A DNA stretch of 64,000 bases from Patescibacteria group bacterium (GCA_034658815.1 JAYEFY010000048.1:62020-126019), one strand, 5' to 3'. Counted from the first letter of the stretch, positions 28,837 to 39,228 are shown. Numbers and translations: made by a program. The notes: generated by a model from the sequence alone, not told the origin.

Positions 28837-28918
28837 AAGTGCTTGGTTTACATCAAAGTGGCAAATAATAAGATTAAAAACATCATTAATCCGTTGGATT
28901 TAAATTAAATTTATTTAT

Positions 28919-29701
28919 ATGAAAATCAGAAAAAAGTCAAAAAAAGAGATAGTAACGCTTCGAGAGGGCGGTAAAATTCTTGCCGAAGCCCTTTATGCTG
29001 CCGCGGAAGAAGCAAAATTGGGAACAAAAAAAAATGTGAGTACGTGGAAACTTAACGAGATTGCCGAGAAAATAATTCGTTCACATGATGCCGTTCCGTC
29101 ATTTCTCGGATATCCGGATGAAAACGGGCTCAAATACCCGGCGTCTCTATGTGTTTCAATAGATGATGAAATTGTCCATGGGGTTCCCAAAAAAGATCGA
29201 ATATTGCGCGATGGCGATCTTGTGACGCTGGATCTGGGAGTTATCTATAAGAAACTTTATACTGATTCGGCTTTAACTGTTATTGTCGGCAAAGGATCAC
29301 CTATTGCGCATAAAATAACCGAGGTGACAAAGAGGGCTCTTGAATTAGGCCTTGAGCAGATGTATTCCGGTTCAACATTGGGAAATTACGGGAATGCCGT
29401 GGATCGATATGTCAGAAGCAAAGGTTTTGTAACCGCGAAAGGAATCGGGGGACATGGTGTGGGATATGCCGTCCATGAACCTCCGTTCATACCAAATGAC
29501 GGGTCTCCCGGAACCGGGCTCAGGATCGAAGAAGGAATGGTTCTTGCCCTGGAGCCGCTCATCAATGAAAAAACGGAGATGATCGAACAAGCGCTTGACG
29601 GAATAACATTTAAAACTGTTGACGGCGGTTTATCTGCGCAGTTTGAACATACCGTGGCGATAACAAAAGACGGGCATAAAGTGCTAACGGAGCGAGAATA
29701 A
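28919..29701 (+). CDS. map: type I methionine aminopeptidase
   Basis: Pita-bread fold motifs (HGVP, DLGVIY..., GHGVG, LEPL). Confidence 0.9.
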   Translation: MKIRKKSKKEIVTLREGGKILAEALYAAAEEAKLGTKKNVSTWKLNEIAEKIIRSHDAVPSFLGYPDENGLKYPASLCVSIDDEIVHGVPKKDRILRDGDLVTLDLGVIYKKLYTDSALTVIVGKGSPIAHKITEVTKRALELGLEQMYSGSTLGNYGNAVDRYVRSKGFVTAKGIGGHGVGYAVHEPPFIPNDGSPGTGLRIEEGMVLALEPLINEKTEMIEQALDGITFKTVDGGLSAQFEHTVAITKDGHKVLTERE

Positions 29702-29707
29702 GATAAT

Positions 29708-30121
29708 ATGAATATTAATAACAAAACACAATATATTCTTGGAATTGATTGGGGCATGAAAAAATGCGGAATTGCCATTGCGGATGATGAAACGCGTATC
29801 GCGACTGCGAAGAAAGAGTGTGGCGCAACAACTCTTTTTGAATTGGTTGACTCAATAAATAAAAGATATCCGCTAAGCGCCATTATTATAGGCAGTTCAA
29901 AATTAAATGTAAATGACCGGAATTTAAAACATATCAAGAAAGTTATTGAACAATTCACAAAAAATGGTTTTTCTGTCCATGAAGAGGAGGAAATGTTCTC
30001 CACTTTACTGGCACAACGAAATCTGGCAGAGGCCGATAAAAAAAACATATCTAAGAATGATAATGCTGAATCTGCCCGTGTAATTTTGCAAAGCTGGTTA
30101 GACAATAACAGGCGAACTTGA
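29708..30121 (+). CDS. ruvX: Holliday junction resolvase-like RuvX/YqgF
   Basis: ILGIDWGMKKCGIAIAD N-terminal RNase H-like motif. ~137 aa. Confidence 0.75.
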   Translation: MNINNKTQYILGIDWGMKKCGIAIADDETRIATAKKECGATTLFELVDSINKRYPLSAIIIGSSKLNVNDRNLKHIKKVIEQFTKNGFSVHEEEEMFSTLLAQRNLAEADKKNISKNDNAESARVILQSWLDNNRRT

Positions 30122-30197
30122 TATAATTTAATTGGAAAGTATTTTCGAAGATAAAATAAAAATAAAGAGAAAGGGATATTAATTATTTGAATATATT

Positions 30198-30983
30198 ATG
30201 CAAAACACAAAACCTGTGTATTCTGTTGTTATTCCCGCATACAATGAATTCTCGAAACCCAAGGAAATGGAAGAGCATCTGCACTCTATCGAAAGCTTTT
30301 TTGATCGACTGGGACAGCATTACGAAATAATAATTGTGCTTGATGGGCCAAATGACGGCACCCCGGATCTCGTTCGAGAAAAAACGAAGGATATGGATCA
30401 TGTGCGCATCATTAAAAGAAAAGAAAATAAAGGGAAAGGATATTCAGTTCGAGAAGGAATGCTTGCGGCAGAAGGGCAGATCAGGTTATTTACGGACATG
30501 GACGGCGCGACGCCGATCACAATGCTTGAAAGATTTATTCCTAAATTTCAGGAAGGAGCCGATATCGTTGTCGGTTCAAGAGATCTGAAAGAATCACAAA
30601 TCAAGATACACCAGCCGAAATGGAAAGAATGGATAGGGGATTTTGGAAATTTGTTTATTCAAGCGGGAACAGGATTATGGGGAATGAAAGATACTCAGTG
30701 CGGATTTAAAGTATTAACTGAAAAGGCAGTGAAAGATATCATGCCGCGGATGACAATTGATCGTTGGGGATTCGATTTTGAAATGTTAATGGTGGGTCGG
30801 TGTCTTGGATATAAAATTGTTGAAGTGCCGGTAGAGTGGCTTGACAAAGGCGATAGCCTTGTCGGAATTAGCGGATATATAAGCACCTTTCGCGATCTTA
30901 TCCGCGTGAGATGGAATATGATCCGGGGCGTATACAAATTTGGAAAGAAGATCAATGAAATTGAAATGAGAAAGATGGACTAA
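30198..30983 (+). CDS. family 2 glycosyltransferase (dolichyl-phosphate hexosyltransferase-like)
   Basis: VVIPAYNE, DGPNDGTPD (DxD region), GT-A fold length. Confidence 0.85.
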   Translation: MQNTKPVYSVVIPAYNEFSKPKEMEEHLHSIESFFDRLGQHYEIIIVLDGPNDGTPDLVREKTKDMDHVRIIKRKENKGKGYSVREGMLAAEGQIRLFTDMDGATPITMLERFIPKFQEGADIVVGSRDLKESQIKIHQPKWKEWIGDFGNLFIQAGTGLWGMKDTQCGFKVLTEKAVKDIMPRMTIDRWGFDFEMLMVGRCLGYKIVEVPVEWLDKGDSLVGISGYISTFRDLIRVRWNMIRGVYKFGKKINEIEMRKMD

Positions 30984-31094
30984 CGGCAAAATTGTTATTA
31001 GGGATTGTTGCCAAACTAACTTGCTCTGAAAAAAAGCACACTTTATTAAATATTTTCTATTATTTTTTGCAGCTAAAATTATTATTTTTCCGTA

Positions 31095-32204
31095 ATGGGA
31101 ATAAAAATAACAATCGAAAAAGATACAAAACCAAAAAAGGCGAAAGCAAAATCCTTGAAAAAGGTTCGAAGATCGAAAAAAGAAACACCCAAGCGAAAAA
31201 AGGCGGCATCGCAGTTGCGTCATGATCTGACAACAGGAGACTGGGTGGTTATTGCGACCAGCAGGAAAGCGCGTCCGGATGATTTCAAGGATGGCAAATC
31301 GAAGGCAAAACCAAAAGAAGATGATAATGTGAAAAAATGTTTGTTTTGCGACCCCGTCGCTTCAAGACAAGCGCCGGACGTCTTGATCTACAATACATCT
31401 GATGGCGATTGGTCTTTGCGCGTTTTTCCAAACAAATATCCGGCGTTTTCCCGTCCGTCGAGCGGACGCATCCGGCACGAAGAAGAAGGTCCTTATTTTT
31501 GGATGGATGGCGTGGGATATCACGAAGTTATTGTCACAAAAGACCACAAGAAACACATTGGACAAATGGATCCTTTGCGCGTTGCGGAGATTTTTGATGC
31601 TTACCAAATGAGATATATAGAGCTTATGAATAAAAAATCGGTTCGTTATATTGAGATCTTTCATAATCATGGGAAAGCCGCCGGAGCATCTATAACTCAT
31701 CCGCATTCTCAGCTTGCCGCAATTCCTATCATTTCCCCATATGTCAATCTGGAATTGAAGAGTTCGGAGTTATATTATGAAGCAAATAACCAATGCGTCT
31801 TTTGCACTATGATCGAGTGGGAGTTGGAACACAGAAAGCGAATCGTATTTGAAAATGAAATGTTCGCAGTATTCTGCCCGTTTGCGTCGCGAGCGGCATT
31901 TGAAATGTTTGTAATTCCAAAAAAACACAAGTCATATTTTGAGCGTTCTTCTGACGAGGAAAAAGTGGCTGGCGGAGAAGCGCTTCACGAGGCTATTCGA
32001 AAACTGGATGCCGTGCTTGGGAAGCCGTCCTATAATTTCTATCTTCAAACATCACCATGTGACGGAAAAGACTATCCGTATTTTCATTGGCATATAGAAA
32101 TACTTCCGCGTACTTCAACGTGGGCAGGCTTTGAGCTTTCAACCGGCGTCGAGGTTTCCGCGATCGAACCGGAGCGTGCGGCTGAATATCTTCGAAAAGC
32201 TTAA
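31095..32204 (+). CDS. galactose-1-phosphate uridylyltransferase-like HIT-superfamily nucleotidyltransferase
   Basis: KCLFCDPVA zinc motif, FPNKYPAF, HPHSQLAAIP (GalT HxHxQ). K-rich N-terminal extension. Confidence 0.7.
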   Translation: MGIKITIEKDTKPKKAKAKSLKKVRRSKKETPKRKKAASQLRHDLTTGDWVVIATSRKARPDDFKDGKSKAKPKEDDNVKKCLFCDPVASRQAPDVLIYNTSDGDWSLRVFPNKYPAFSRPSSGRIRHEEEGPYFWMDGVGYHEVIVTKDHKKHIGQMDPLRVAEIFDAYQMRYIELMNKKSVRYIEIFHNHGKAAGASITHPHSQLAAIPIISPYVNLELKSSELYYEANNQCVFCTMIEWELEHRKRIVFENEMFAVFCPFASRAAFEMFVIPKKHKSYFERSSDEEKVAGGEALHEAIRKLDAVLGKPSYNFYLQTSPCDGKDYPYFHWHIEILPRTSTWAGFELSTGVEVSAIEPERAAEYLRKA

Positions 32205-32230
32205 AGATAAAATTTGAGTATTCTATTGCT

Positions 32231-32809
32231 ATGTTCATGAACATACATACTGCCGTTGGAATAGTTGCAGCGCTCATGTTGCTCGATTATTTTCTAACTT
32301 TCAAGGGATATCAAAGTTACAAGAAACATTACGCGAAATATGTTGAGATCGAGACATATGAGTTGAACCCATCTTTTAAAAAGAGCATTAAAGAAGGCAA
32401 ATATAGCGCAAAACATGGTGCCTCGGTTGTTTTTGTTGCGCTTATATTATATGCGTTGTATTATTATATACAGGTTGTTTTATCGCCGATCTTTAATGTG
32501 GCAATGCTGATAATGGCGCAAGGAATGCTTATTTCGGCATTTTTATATGTTAACGTACGCCATCTCCGAAATCTTTTGATCTTTTCAGGGATCAAGAGAG
32601 GTGCTAAGATGCTTGAGGGAAAACTGTACCAAAGCAATTCATTTTCTTTGAGAGCGTCTTGTATTGACGCGTTTGGAATGTTTCTAATGTTATTTTTTGT
32701 GTTTCTATTTTTTCCAAACGTGTTCACTCTCGGATTTGCGTCCGGTCCATTGATCATTCTCTTGGTGCATTTACGGTGGATGTTCCCACAATCTCATAGT
32801 AAAAGATGA
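32231..32809 (+). CDS. hypothetical integral membrane protein
   Basis: 4-5 predicted TM helices. No motifs. Confidence 0.4.
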   Translation: MFMNIHTAVGIVAALMLLDYFLTFKGYQSYKKHYAKYVEIETYELNPSFKKSIKEGKYSAKHGASVVFVALILYALYYYIQVVLSPIFNVAMLIMAQGMLISAFLYVNVRHLRNLLIFSGIKRGAKMLEGKLYQSNSFSLRASCIDAFGMFLMLFFVFLFFPNVFTLGFASGPLIILLVHLRWMFPQSHSKR

Positions 32810-32810
32810 A

Positions 32811-33308
32811 ATGATTATTGATACACAATTCGCCGTGGAACTGTTGCGAGAAATATCTCCCGAGATGGCTACTGTGATCATCGCGGCAACACCGATCTTT
32901 GAATTAAGGGGATCACTGCCGATCGCGATGACGGTTTATAATATGAATATACCGAATGCGTATTTTTGGTCTGTTGTTGGAAATGTCATTCCTGTAATAG
33001 TTATTATGTTTCTTCTTGATTCAGTTTCCACTTGGCTTTCAAAACATTTTTCATTTTGGAATAGATTTTTCACGTGGCTTTTTGAGAGAACCAGGAAAAG
33101 AGCCAAAAGCAAGATCGAAAAATACGGGCACTGGGGACTTTTCTTTCTTGTCGCGATTCCACTGCCCGTAACAGGCGGTTGGACGGGAGCAATGGCGGCG
33201 TTTCTTTTCGGCATTAAGAAGAGGAAAGCAATCCCCGTCATGTTGTTGGGAATTATGGCTGCCGGCGTAGTTGTTACACTTATTACAATTGGAGCAATAC
33301 ATTTATGA
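32811..33308 (+). CDS. hypothetical integral membrane protein
   Basis: 4 predicted TM helices. Abuts neighbouring genes. Confidence 0.4.
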   Translation: MIIDTQFAVELLREISPEMATVIIAATPIFELRGSLPIAMTVYNMNIPNAYFWSVVGNVIPVIVIMFLLDSVSTWLSKHFSFWNRFFTWLFERTRKRAKSKIEKYGHWGLFFLVAIPLPVTGGWTGAMAAFLFGIKKRKAIPVMLLGIMAAGVVVTLITIGAIHL

Positions 33309-34090
33309 GTACGAAAAAAGAAGCACTCGTTGTCGCGAATTTCAAAATGAATTTTAACATGCGGTACGAGTTGCAGCATTGGTTTACAAGTTTTATAAAA
33401 GCAAAAAGAGGGATAAGGCTTGATTCAACGCGTCTTGTTTTATGTCCGCCTTTCATTCATCTAAGTTCATTTATAAAAAAAATAAGATCAAAACAAATTT
33501 CTTTTGGCGCGCAAGATTGTTTTTGGGAGCAGAAAGGCGCGTTTACCGGTGAAGTGAGTCCGACAATGATCAGGAGTTTTGGCGGAAAATATGTTATTGT
33601 AGGACATTCTGAGCGGCGCCGATATAAAGGGGAAACAAATAAAATAATAAATTACAAAATTATAGCAGCACTGAAAGCCGGGTTGCAGCCAATTTTATGT
33701 ATTGGGGAAAACGCCCGGGAGAAAAAACATGGCAGGCTTCTTTCCGTAATAACTAAGCAGTTTAAGGAATGCCTTTATGATATTAGCAAAAGTAGGATCA
33801 AGGATATAATTATTTGCTATGAGCCTGTGTGGGCGATCAGTGCTAATAAGCCTGACCATCTTCCAACAACAGACGAAATAATGGAAGCGAAGCTTTTAAT
33901 AAAAAAGCTTCTTATCCAAAAATATGAAAGGTTGATTTCTGAGCATGTGCGAATAATATATGGAGGAAGCGTTGTTTCAAAAAATGTGTCGGAAGTGTGC
34001 ATCGACGCGGGAATGGATGGAGCACTTGTAGGCGGAGCGAGTCTTTTGCCTTATGAATTCATCAAAATAGCCCAGGCCATCGATTTATGA
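33305..34090 (+). CDS. tpiA: triosephosphate isomerase
   Basis: VANFKMN, VGHSERR, IYGGSV. Confidence 0.9.
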   Translation: MSTKKEALVVANFKMNFNMRYELQHWFTSFIKAKRGIRLDSTRLVLCPPFIHLSSFIKKIRSKQISFGAQDCFWEQKGAFTGEVSPTMIRSFGGKYVIVGHSERRRYKGETNKIINYKIIAALKAGLQPILCIGENAREKKHGRLLSVITKQFKECLYDISKSRIKDIIICYEPVWAISANKPDHLPTTDEIMEAKLLIKKLLIQKYERLISEHVRIIYGGSVVSKNVSEVCIDAGMDGALVGGASLLPYEFIKIAQAIDL

Positions 34091-34119
34091 ATAAAATGTA
34101 AGATATAACAAGGGACTGT

Positions 34120-34250
34120 CTCCAAACTAACTTCTACCGAAAATTTCCTAATCCCGAGTACTCGGGACCAATGCCCCAAGCAGGTGTTCGCTAAAAGCGG
34201 GGCAGTACTCCGTTTTTAGCAGGCGACAGGCAGGGAAGCTGGCTTGGAAA
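34120..34250 (+). repeat. GC-rich modular intergenic repeat, family 2 full-length copy (upstream of fba)
   Basis: gactgtctccaaac...gaaaatttcctaatcccg | agtactcgggaccaatgcc...GC hairpins | cagggaagctggcttggaaac, ending 16 nt before the ATG. Confidence 0.45.
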
Positions 34251-34265
34251 CACCCCTATAAATTT

Positions 34266-35123
34266 ATGAAAGCCAATACGATCGAAATTTTAAAAGACGC
34301 GATGAAGGGAGGATATGCCGTTGGCGCGTTCAATACCTTTGGTTTAGAGATTACGCAGAGTATTGTGCGTGCGTCGCACAAGCTTGGGAAGCCGTGTATT
34401 GTTCAAGCTACGACAAATGCTATGAAATATGCCGGCGGTAAAGTACTGGGAGATATCGTACGATCAGTTATTGCACACGAGTCAAATTCAACACAAATTG
34501 GATTTCACCTTGATCATGGCAAGACATTTAATGACGTGGCAAAAGCAATAGATGCGGGTGCGGATTCTGTTATGATAGACGCATCTTGTTCGGAATTTAA
34601 AGAAAATTGCGAGATTACCTCACATGTTGTCAAATATGCTCATGGAAAGGGCGTTGCTGTTCAAGCAGAACTTGGAAGTGTTCCCTATTTAGGGAGAGAA
34701 GATCAAGAAATTGACTGGGAGCAAGTTATGACAGATCCAGATCAGGCCAAAGCACTTATCGATAAAACGGAAGTTGACGCTCTTGCCATAGGCATTGGCA
34801 ATGCGCATGGATTTTTTCGAGAAAGACCGGTTCCGGATTGGGACAGACTCAAGATGATCCGCAGTATGATCCCCGATATTCCTCTTATTCTTCATGGCGC
34901 TTCAGATTGGACTGAGGAAAAAGTAAAACGTGCAATTATTGAGGGAGTTACTTGTTTCAATATCGATACTGACATTCGTATAGCTTTTGTTACATCTGTG
35001 CGCAATGCATTGGCGCAAGAATATGATATTGCTGTTGCTGATCCGAGAAAAATACTCGGAAACGCGCGTGAAAGCGCTATGAACAAAATAGAAGAAAAAA
35101 TACGAATGTTTAATAATCGGTGA
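34266..35123 (+). CDS. fba: class II fructose-bisphosphate aldolase
   Basis: GGYAVGAFN, HLDHG, class II FBA/TBP length. Confidence 0.9.
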   Translation: MKANTIEILKDAMKGGYAVGAFNTFGLEITQSIVRASHKLGKPCIVQATTNAMKYAGGKVLGDIVRSVIAHESNSTQIGFHLDHGKTFNDVAKAIDAGADSVMIDASCSEFKENCEITSHVVKYAHGKGVAVQAELGSVPYLGREDQEIDWEQVMTDPDQAKALIDKTEVDALAIGIGNAHGFFRERPVPDWDRLKMIRSMIPDIPLILHGASDWTEEKVKRAIIEGVTCFNIDTDIRIAFVTSVRNALAQEYDIAVADPRKILGNARESAMNKIEEKIRMFNNR

Positions 35124-35450
35124 TAGCCGGCTAGTGATACATCATTTAAAAACCTAACCGTAGCCCTTATCGATTTATCATTAAAAACCTGACTGACTGA
35201 AGGATAAATATAATTAAGACTATCTTTTTTAACAAATTAAATTTCTTTTAACTTTTTATCAATTTTTCTTTTTAATTCTGCTGGATTAAGTGTAGCATAA
35301 ATCTTTCTTAATTTCTCTTTTTCTTTTTCAGAAATGTAGAAAGATTCGGTTTTCGTAAAAAGCAAAAAACAGGCCAATAAAAAAGAGGATTAGAAAAACT
35401 TTGTGAATATGTTTTTCCAATCCCCGCGAAAGTTAGTTTTTGAGTCCTGA

Positions 35451-35783
35451 TTATTCCTCTAAGGATTTTAAATACTCCTTAGCATTTGCAGCTTCTCTAA
35501 TTGCATGGAGCAATATACTCGAGTTAAGCAATTTGGGCGCATCTTCTACTATTGTAGTAAGGCTAGCCACTATGTCAGTTGTCATTTCATTTGTTATTGT
35601 TTCTATATCTCTATGAGACAATAACTCTATATGTCCCCTTAGCCATGATACATTATCATGCAATAGATTTGTACCTTTAAGTAAGCTGGCCATTAAAGTA
35701 GCAGTCGAATTAGCTATTGCTTCAGCTGATTCACTTGCTCTTCTCAGATTTTTATTTTTTAATGATTTGCTTCTATCTTCCAC
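35451..35783 (-). CDS. hypothetical protein
   Basis: ORF only, within the AT-rich IS-associated region. Confidence 0.3.
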   Translation of the reverse strand: MEDRSKSLKNKNLRRASESAEAIANSTATLMASLLKGTNLLHDNVSWLRGHIELLSHRDIETITNEMTTDIVASLTTIVEDAPKLLNSSILLHAIREAANAKEYLKSLEE

Positions 35784-35935
35784 TTTTCCCTCCTTATCCT
35801 ACTCACAATAATTTAAGTGTTTTTTCCAAAGAACATTTTTTATTGCCTTAAGCCAATCTCAAGGCGATACAAAAGCGTAGCAAAACACAATAAAAAAGTC
35901 AAGGCCTATTTTATGAGTTTTTATTTCACTTAGCA

Positions 35936-35969
35936 TAATCACTTTTATGCATATGCATAAAAGTGATTA
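35936..35969. repeat. perfect 34-bp palindrome taatcacttttatgcat|atgcataaaagtgatta at the 3' side of the transposase gene
   Basis: Read directly. Followed by a second hairpin cctctcgtcacg-gt-cgtgagcagagg at 35990-36015. Confidence 0.7.
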
Positions 35970-36069
35970 CATTAAAATTTTTTACCTCTCGTCACGGTCG
36001 TGAGCAGAGGTGAAATTTGGAAATTGTTATTATAATAAGTTTCGCTTGTTGAGAATTCACTTGTTGCGG

Positions 36070-36957
36070 CTAAGTAAAGCGCGTGCAATAAATAAACGAC
36101 AAAAAGATGCCAACCAGTTTTCTAACATGAGTCCAGTTCTTTTGCTCGATATGAGCATTGTCATTTTTCTTGTAAGGTCTGCCTCTGGTAAATTCAATAT
36201 CCTTTTCAATGCAATGTCTGTATAGCTGCCAATTGATAAATTCGCCTCCATTATCAGGATCAATTCCTTTTAAAGAAAAGGGTAGTCTTTCTTCGATATT
36301 ATCTAATCCTTTTTTAATCCTGATTTGAGCTTTTCCCATGACAGCTATGCTTTCTGTCCATTGAGTGCTGATATCAGTAAAAGTAAGGCTATTTATGAAT
36401 TCTCCAGAAGCAGAGTGTCCGCAATGAGCTACCGTATCCAATTTGCCAAATCCAGCTCTTTTCTCATCCCAAGAGGAAGTTTTAATGGGGATTTGTTTTT
36501 TTAACATACTTCCCGGTTTAGTAGTGGAAAATACTTTTTTCTTTTTGATTCTCTTGCTTCTTTTCAGTCTTCTATCAATAGTAGCTGATGATATCTTTAA
36601 TAATTTCTCTTTAACAGAATCAGTAAAAGAAACTTCTTCAAACTTTTCTAAAACTTCAATATATTCAGGAAGCATCGGAGCTAAATTCTGTCCGCAAGGA
36701 TAATCAAATATTTCCCAAATCTTTTTTAACTTCACAATAACATAACCGTCATATTTCTCCCTTCTTTTTCTGTTGATCGGATTGGCATAATCCAAATCTA
36801 TCTTAACGGAAAGTATTTGAATTAAATAGTTTCTGTTTAAAGTTGTGTTAACGCAAAGCTCATCTAAGATACTCCCTTTGCCTGTTCTGTTTGATTTTAA
36901 ATATCTCACCTTAACCTTTTTAACTAATTCTTTTTTAGATTTTTGACTCATTTCCAT
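36070..36957 (-). CDS. DDE transposase (rve integrase-core, IS481/IS3-like), possibly C-terminally truncated
   Basis: N-terminal HTH-like region. LDTVAHCG (D1), GIDPDNGGEFIN (D2), NAHIEQKN (E) in DDE spacing. Very AT-rich. Confidence 0.7.
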   Translation of the reverse strand: MEMSQKSKKELVKKVKVRYLKSNRTGKGSILDELCVNTTLNRNYLIQILSVKIDLDYANPINRKRREKYDGYVIVKLKKIWEIFDYPCGQNLAPMLPEYIEVLEKFEEVSFTDSVKEKLLKISSATIDRRLKRSKRIKKKKVFSTTKPGSMLKKQIPIKTSSWDEKRAGFGKLDTVAHCGHSASGEFINSLTFTDISTQWTESIAVMGKAQIRIKKGLDNIEERLPFSLKGIDPDNGGEFINWQLYRHCIEKDIEFTRGRPYKKNDNAHIEQKNWTHVRKLVGIFLSFIYCTRFT

Positions 36958-37270
36958 AGAGATAGTTATTAATTATTACTATCTCCAAGGTTAGATTTTA
37001 AATGATTTATCGTATAGGCTTTGGGTTAGGTTTTGGATGATTTAATTCGCGGCTTTGACAGTTTCTCTAAAAAAATGTACAGTACATGGCAGGGATTTGA
37101 ATAGATATAAATATAGAGTAGAAATGCTTAACAAATAGATAAAAACATTGCAGCCGCTTGCAACTGAAAACATTAGCAAAGTGATTTATTCAATGGAAAC
37201 CAATTTTTTTTTGCACACACATTTGTTTTTGAATGTTCTTTTGTGCTTAAAATAAACACTGTTTAAATTT

Positions 37271-38815
37271 GTGGCGGTTTGTTTGGAACAAACCATGGAC
37301 ATTATTATTATAGTTGCCGGAACATTGGTGGCTGGGGTTATAATTGGGTATTTTACCCGAATAATTTTGGCGCGCAATCAAATTGATTCTGCTGAAGCAA
37401 AAGTGTCTCGAATGCTTGAGGATGCCAAGATTAAATCAAAAGAACAACTCCTAAATTCTAAAGATAAGGCGGTTAGAATTCTGGAAGAAACAAAGAAAGA
37501 AGAAAAGAAACGGCGAGATGAAGTCCGAAATCTTGAGCACAGGATTGAAATTAAAGAGCAGAAGGTAGACAGAATTTTTGCCCATTCGGAAAAAGAAAAA
37601 AGAGTGCTTAAAAACAAAGTTCGAGATATTAAAAAGATCCGGGAAGAGATATTAAATGTAAAACAACAACAAATTGAAAGGTTGGAAAAGATTGCCTGCA
37701 TGAATAAAGACGAGGGGATAAAAGTACTCTTGAAGATTGCCGAGAAAGAAAATAAAGATGAGCTTATTAAAAAAATAACTGAACTCGAAAAAGAAAAAAA
37801 AGAAGAACTTGAAAAGAGAGCAAAAGATATGATGGCGGTAGCAATGCAGCGATATGCCGGTTCGCATGCCGCGGACACAACAACAACGACGATTACGATC
37901 CCGTCTGATGAGTTGAAAGGACGAATTATTGGGCGCGAGGGTCGAAATATCAAGACTCTTGAACGGCTTACAGGAGCAGAGATTATTGTTGATGATACGC
38001 CTGAGGCAATTGTAATTTCCGGTTTTGATGCTATGCGCCGAGAAATAGCAAAAATTGCCCTGGAAAGATTAATTGAAGATGGGAGGATTCATCCGGCTCG
38101 CATTGAAGATGCAGTCAAAAAAGCAAAAGAAGAACTTAATCAAAAAATAAAAGAGGCAGGGGAGGCGGCAGTGTATGATGTCGGAATTCCCGGCCTTGAT
38201 CCGCATTTGATCCAGCTTTTAGGAAGGATGAAATATCGCACAAGCTATGGACAAAATGTATTGCTTCATTCGCTTGAAGTAGCGCATCTTTCCGGAATGC
38301 TTGCTTCGGAACTCGGTCTTGACGTCCTAATAGCAAAGAAAGCCGGGTTACTTCATGATATTGGCAAATCCGTTGATCACGAAATGAAAGGAACTCATGT
38401 AGAGATCGGGATGAGTATTCTTAAAAAGTTCAATCAGTCGCCCGAAGTGATAAACGCGATGAAATCTCATCATGAGGATTATCCGTTCGAGAGCAATTAC
38501 GGGCTTGTCATTGCCGCTGCGGACGCATTAAGCGCATCTCGTCCCGGAGCGCGCAAAGATACCTTGGAAAATTATTTAAAGCGGCTGACGGAACTTGAAG
38601 AAGTAGCAATGTCTTTTGAGGAAGTTAATAAATGTTACGCAATTCAAGCGGGACGTGAAGTGCGCGTGTTTGTAAATCCGGAGAAAGTTGATGATCTTGA
38701 AGCGATGAAGCTTGCGAAAAAAATCGCATTGAAAATAGAAGATAAATTGAACTATCCCGGGGAAATAAAAGTTAATGTTCTGCGAGAGACGCGTTCAGTT
38801 GAATATGCCCGATGA
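37271..38815 (+). CDS. rny: ribonuclease Y
   Basis: N-terminal TM, coiled coil, KH domain ([26 protein letters not shown]), HD domain ([10 protein letters not shown]...LLHDIGK). Confidence 0.9.
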   Translation: MAVCLEQTMDIIIIVAGTLVAGVIIGYFTRIILARNQIDSAEAKVSRMLEDAKIKSKEQLLNSKDKAVRILEETKKEEKKRRDEVRNLEHRIEIKEQKVDRIFAHSEKEKRVLKNKVRDIKKIREEILNVKQQQIERLEKIACMNKDEGIKVLLKIAEKENKDELIKKITELEKEKKEELEKRAKDMMAVAMQRYAGSHAADTTTTTITIPSDELKGRIIGREGRNIKTLERLTGAEIIVDDTPEAIVISGFDAMRREIAKIALERLIEDGRIHPARIEDAVKKAKEELNQKIKEAGEAAVYDVGIPGLDPHLIQLLGRMKYRTSYGQNVLLHSLEVAHLSGMLASELGLDVLIAKKAGLLHDIGKSVDHEMKGTHVEIGMSILKKFNQSPEVINAMKSHHEDYPFESNYGLVIAAADALSASRPGARKDTLENYLKRLTELEEVAMSFEEVNKCYAIQAGREVRVFVNPEKVDDLEAMKLAKKIALKIEDKLNYPGEIKVNVLRETRSVEYAR

Positions 38816-38952
38816 GTATTGACAAAAAATGTTTTGCTATTGCGCATTTTGGGCAATATGGTGTACAATCAAACAAAGTATATGGTTTCGCTGTTTGAGA
38901 ACAGTTCCTGTAAACAAAAATAATACATAAGTACTAGATTGGAGGTGACATC

Positions 38953-39228
38953 ATGAATAAAAGTGCAGTAGTCGACGCAGTTGCATCAAAAACAGATCAT
39001 AGTAAAAAAGATGTCGAAATGGTAATCGAGGCTGTATTGGATGTGATCACTGATGCGCTTCAAGAGGGGGAACAGGTAGCGTTCACAGGATTTGGAACTT
39101 TTTCAGTTTCAAGAAGGTCAGCGCGGGACGGTGTTAATCCAGCGACTGGGGAAAAGATCAAAATTCCTGCTATAGATGTACCGAAATTTAAAGCCGGTAA
39201 AAGTCTCAAGGATGCTGTAAGAAAGTAA
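38953..39228 (+). CDS. hup: DNA-binding protein HU
   Basis: GFGTFSVSRRSARDGVNPATGEKIKIPA HU/IHF signature arm. Confidence 0.9.
   Translation: MNKSAVVDAVASKTDHSKKDVEMVIEAVLDVITDALQEGEQVAFTGFGTFSVSRRSARDGVNPATGEKIKIPAIDVPKFKAGKSLKDAVRK

Noticed and set aside
34237-34260. Family-2 3' block (cTGGCttGGAAAC) as a sigma54 -24/-12 promoter, or TTGGAA as a -35 for the TATAAA just before the fba ATG
   Set aside because: No TTGC -12 element at the right spacing for sigma54. Spacer to the -10-like hexamer is only 6-7 nt, incompatible with sigma70 geometry.
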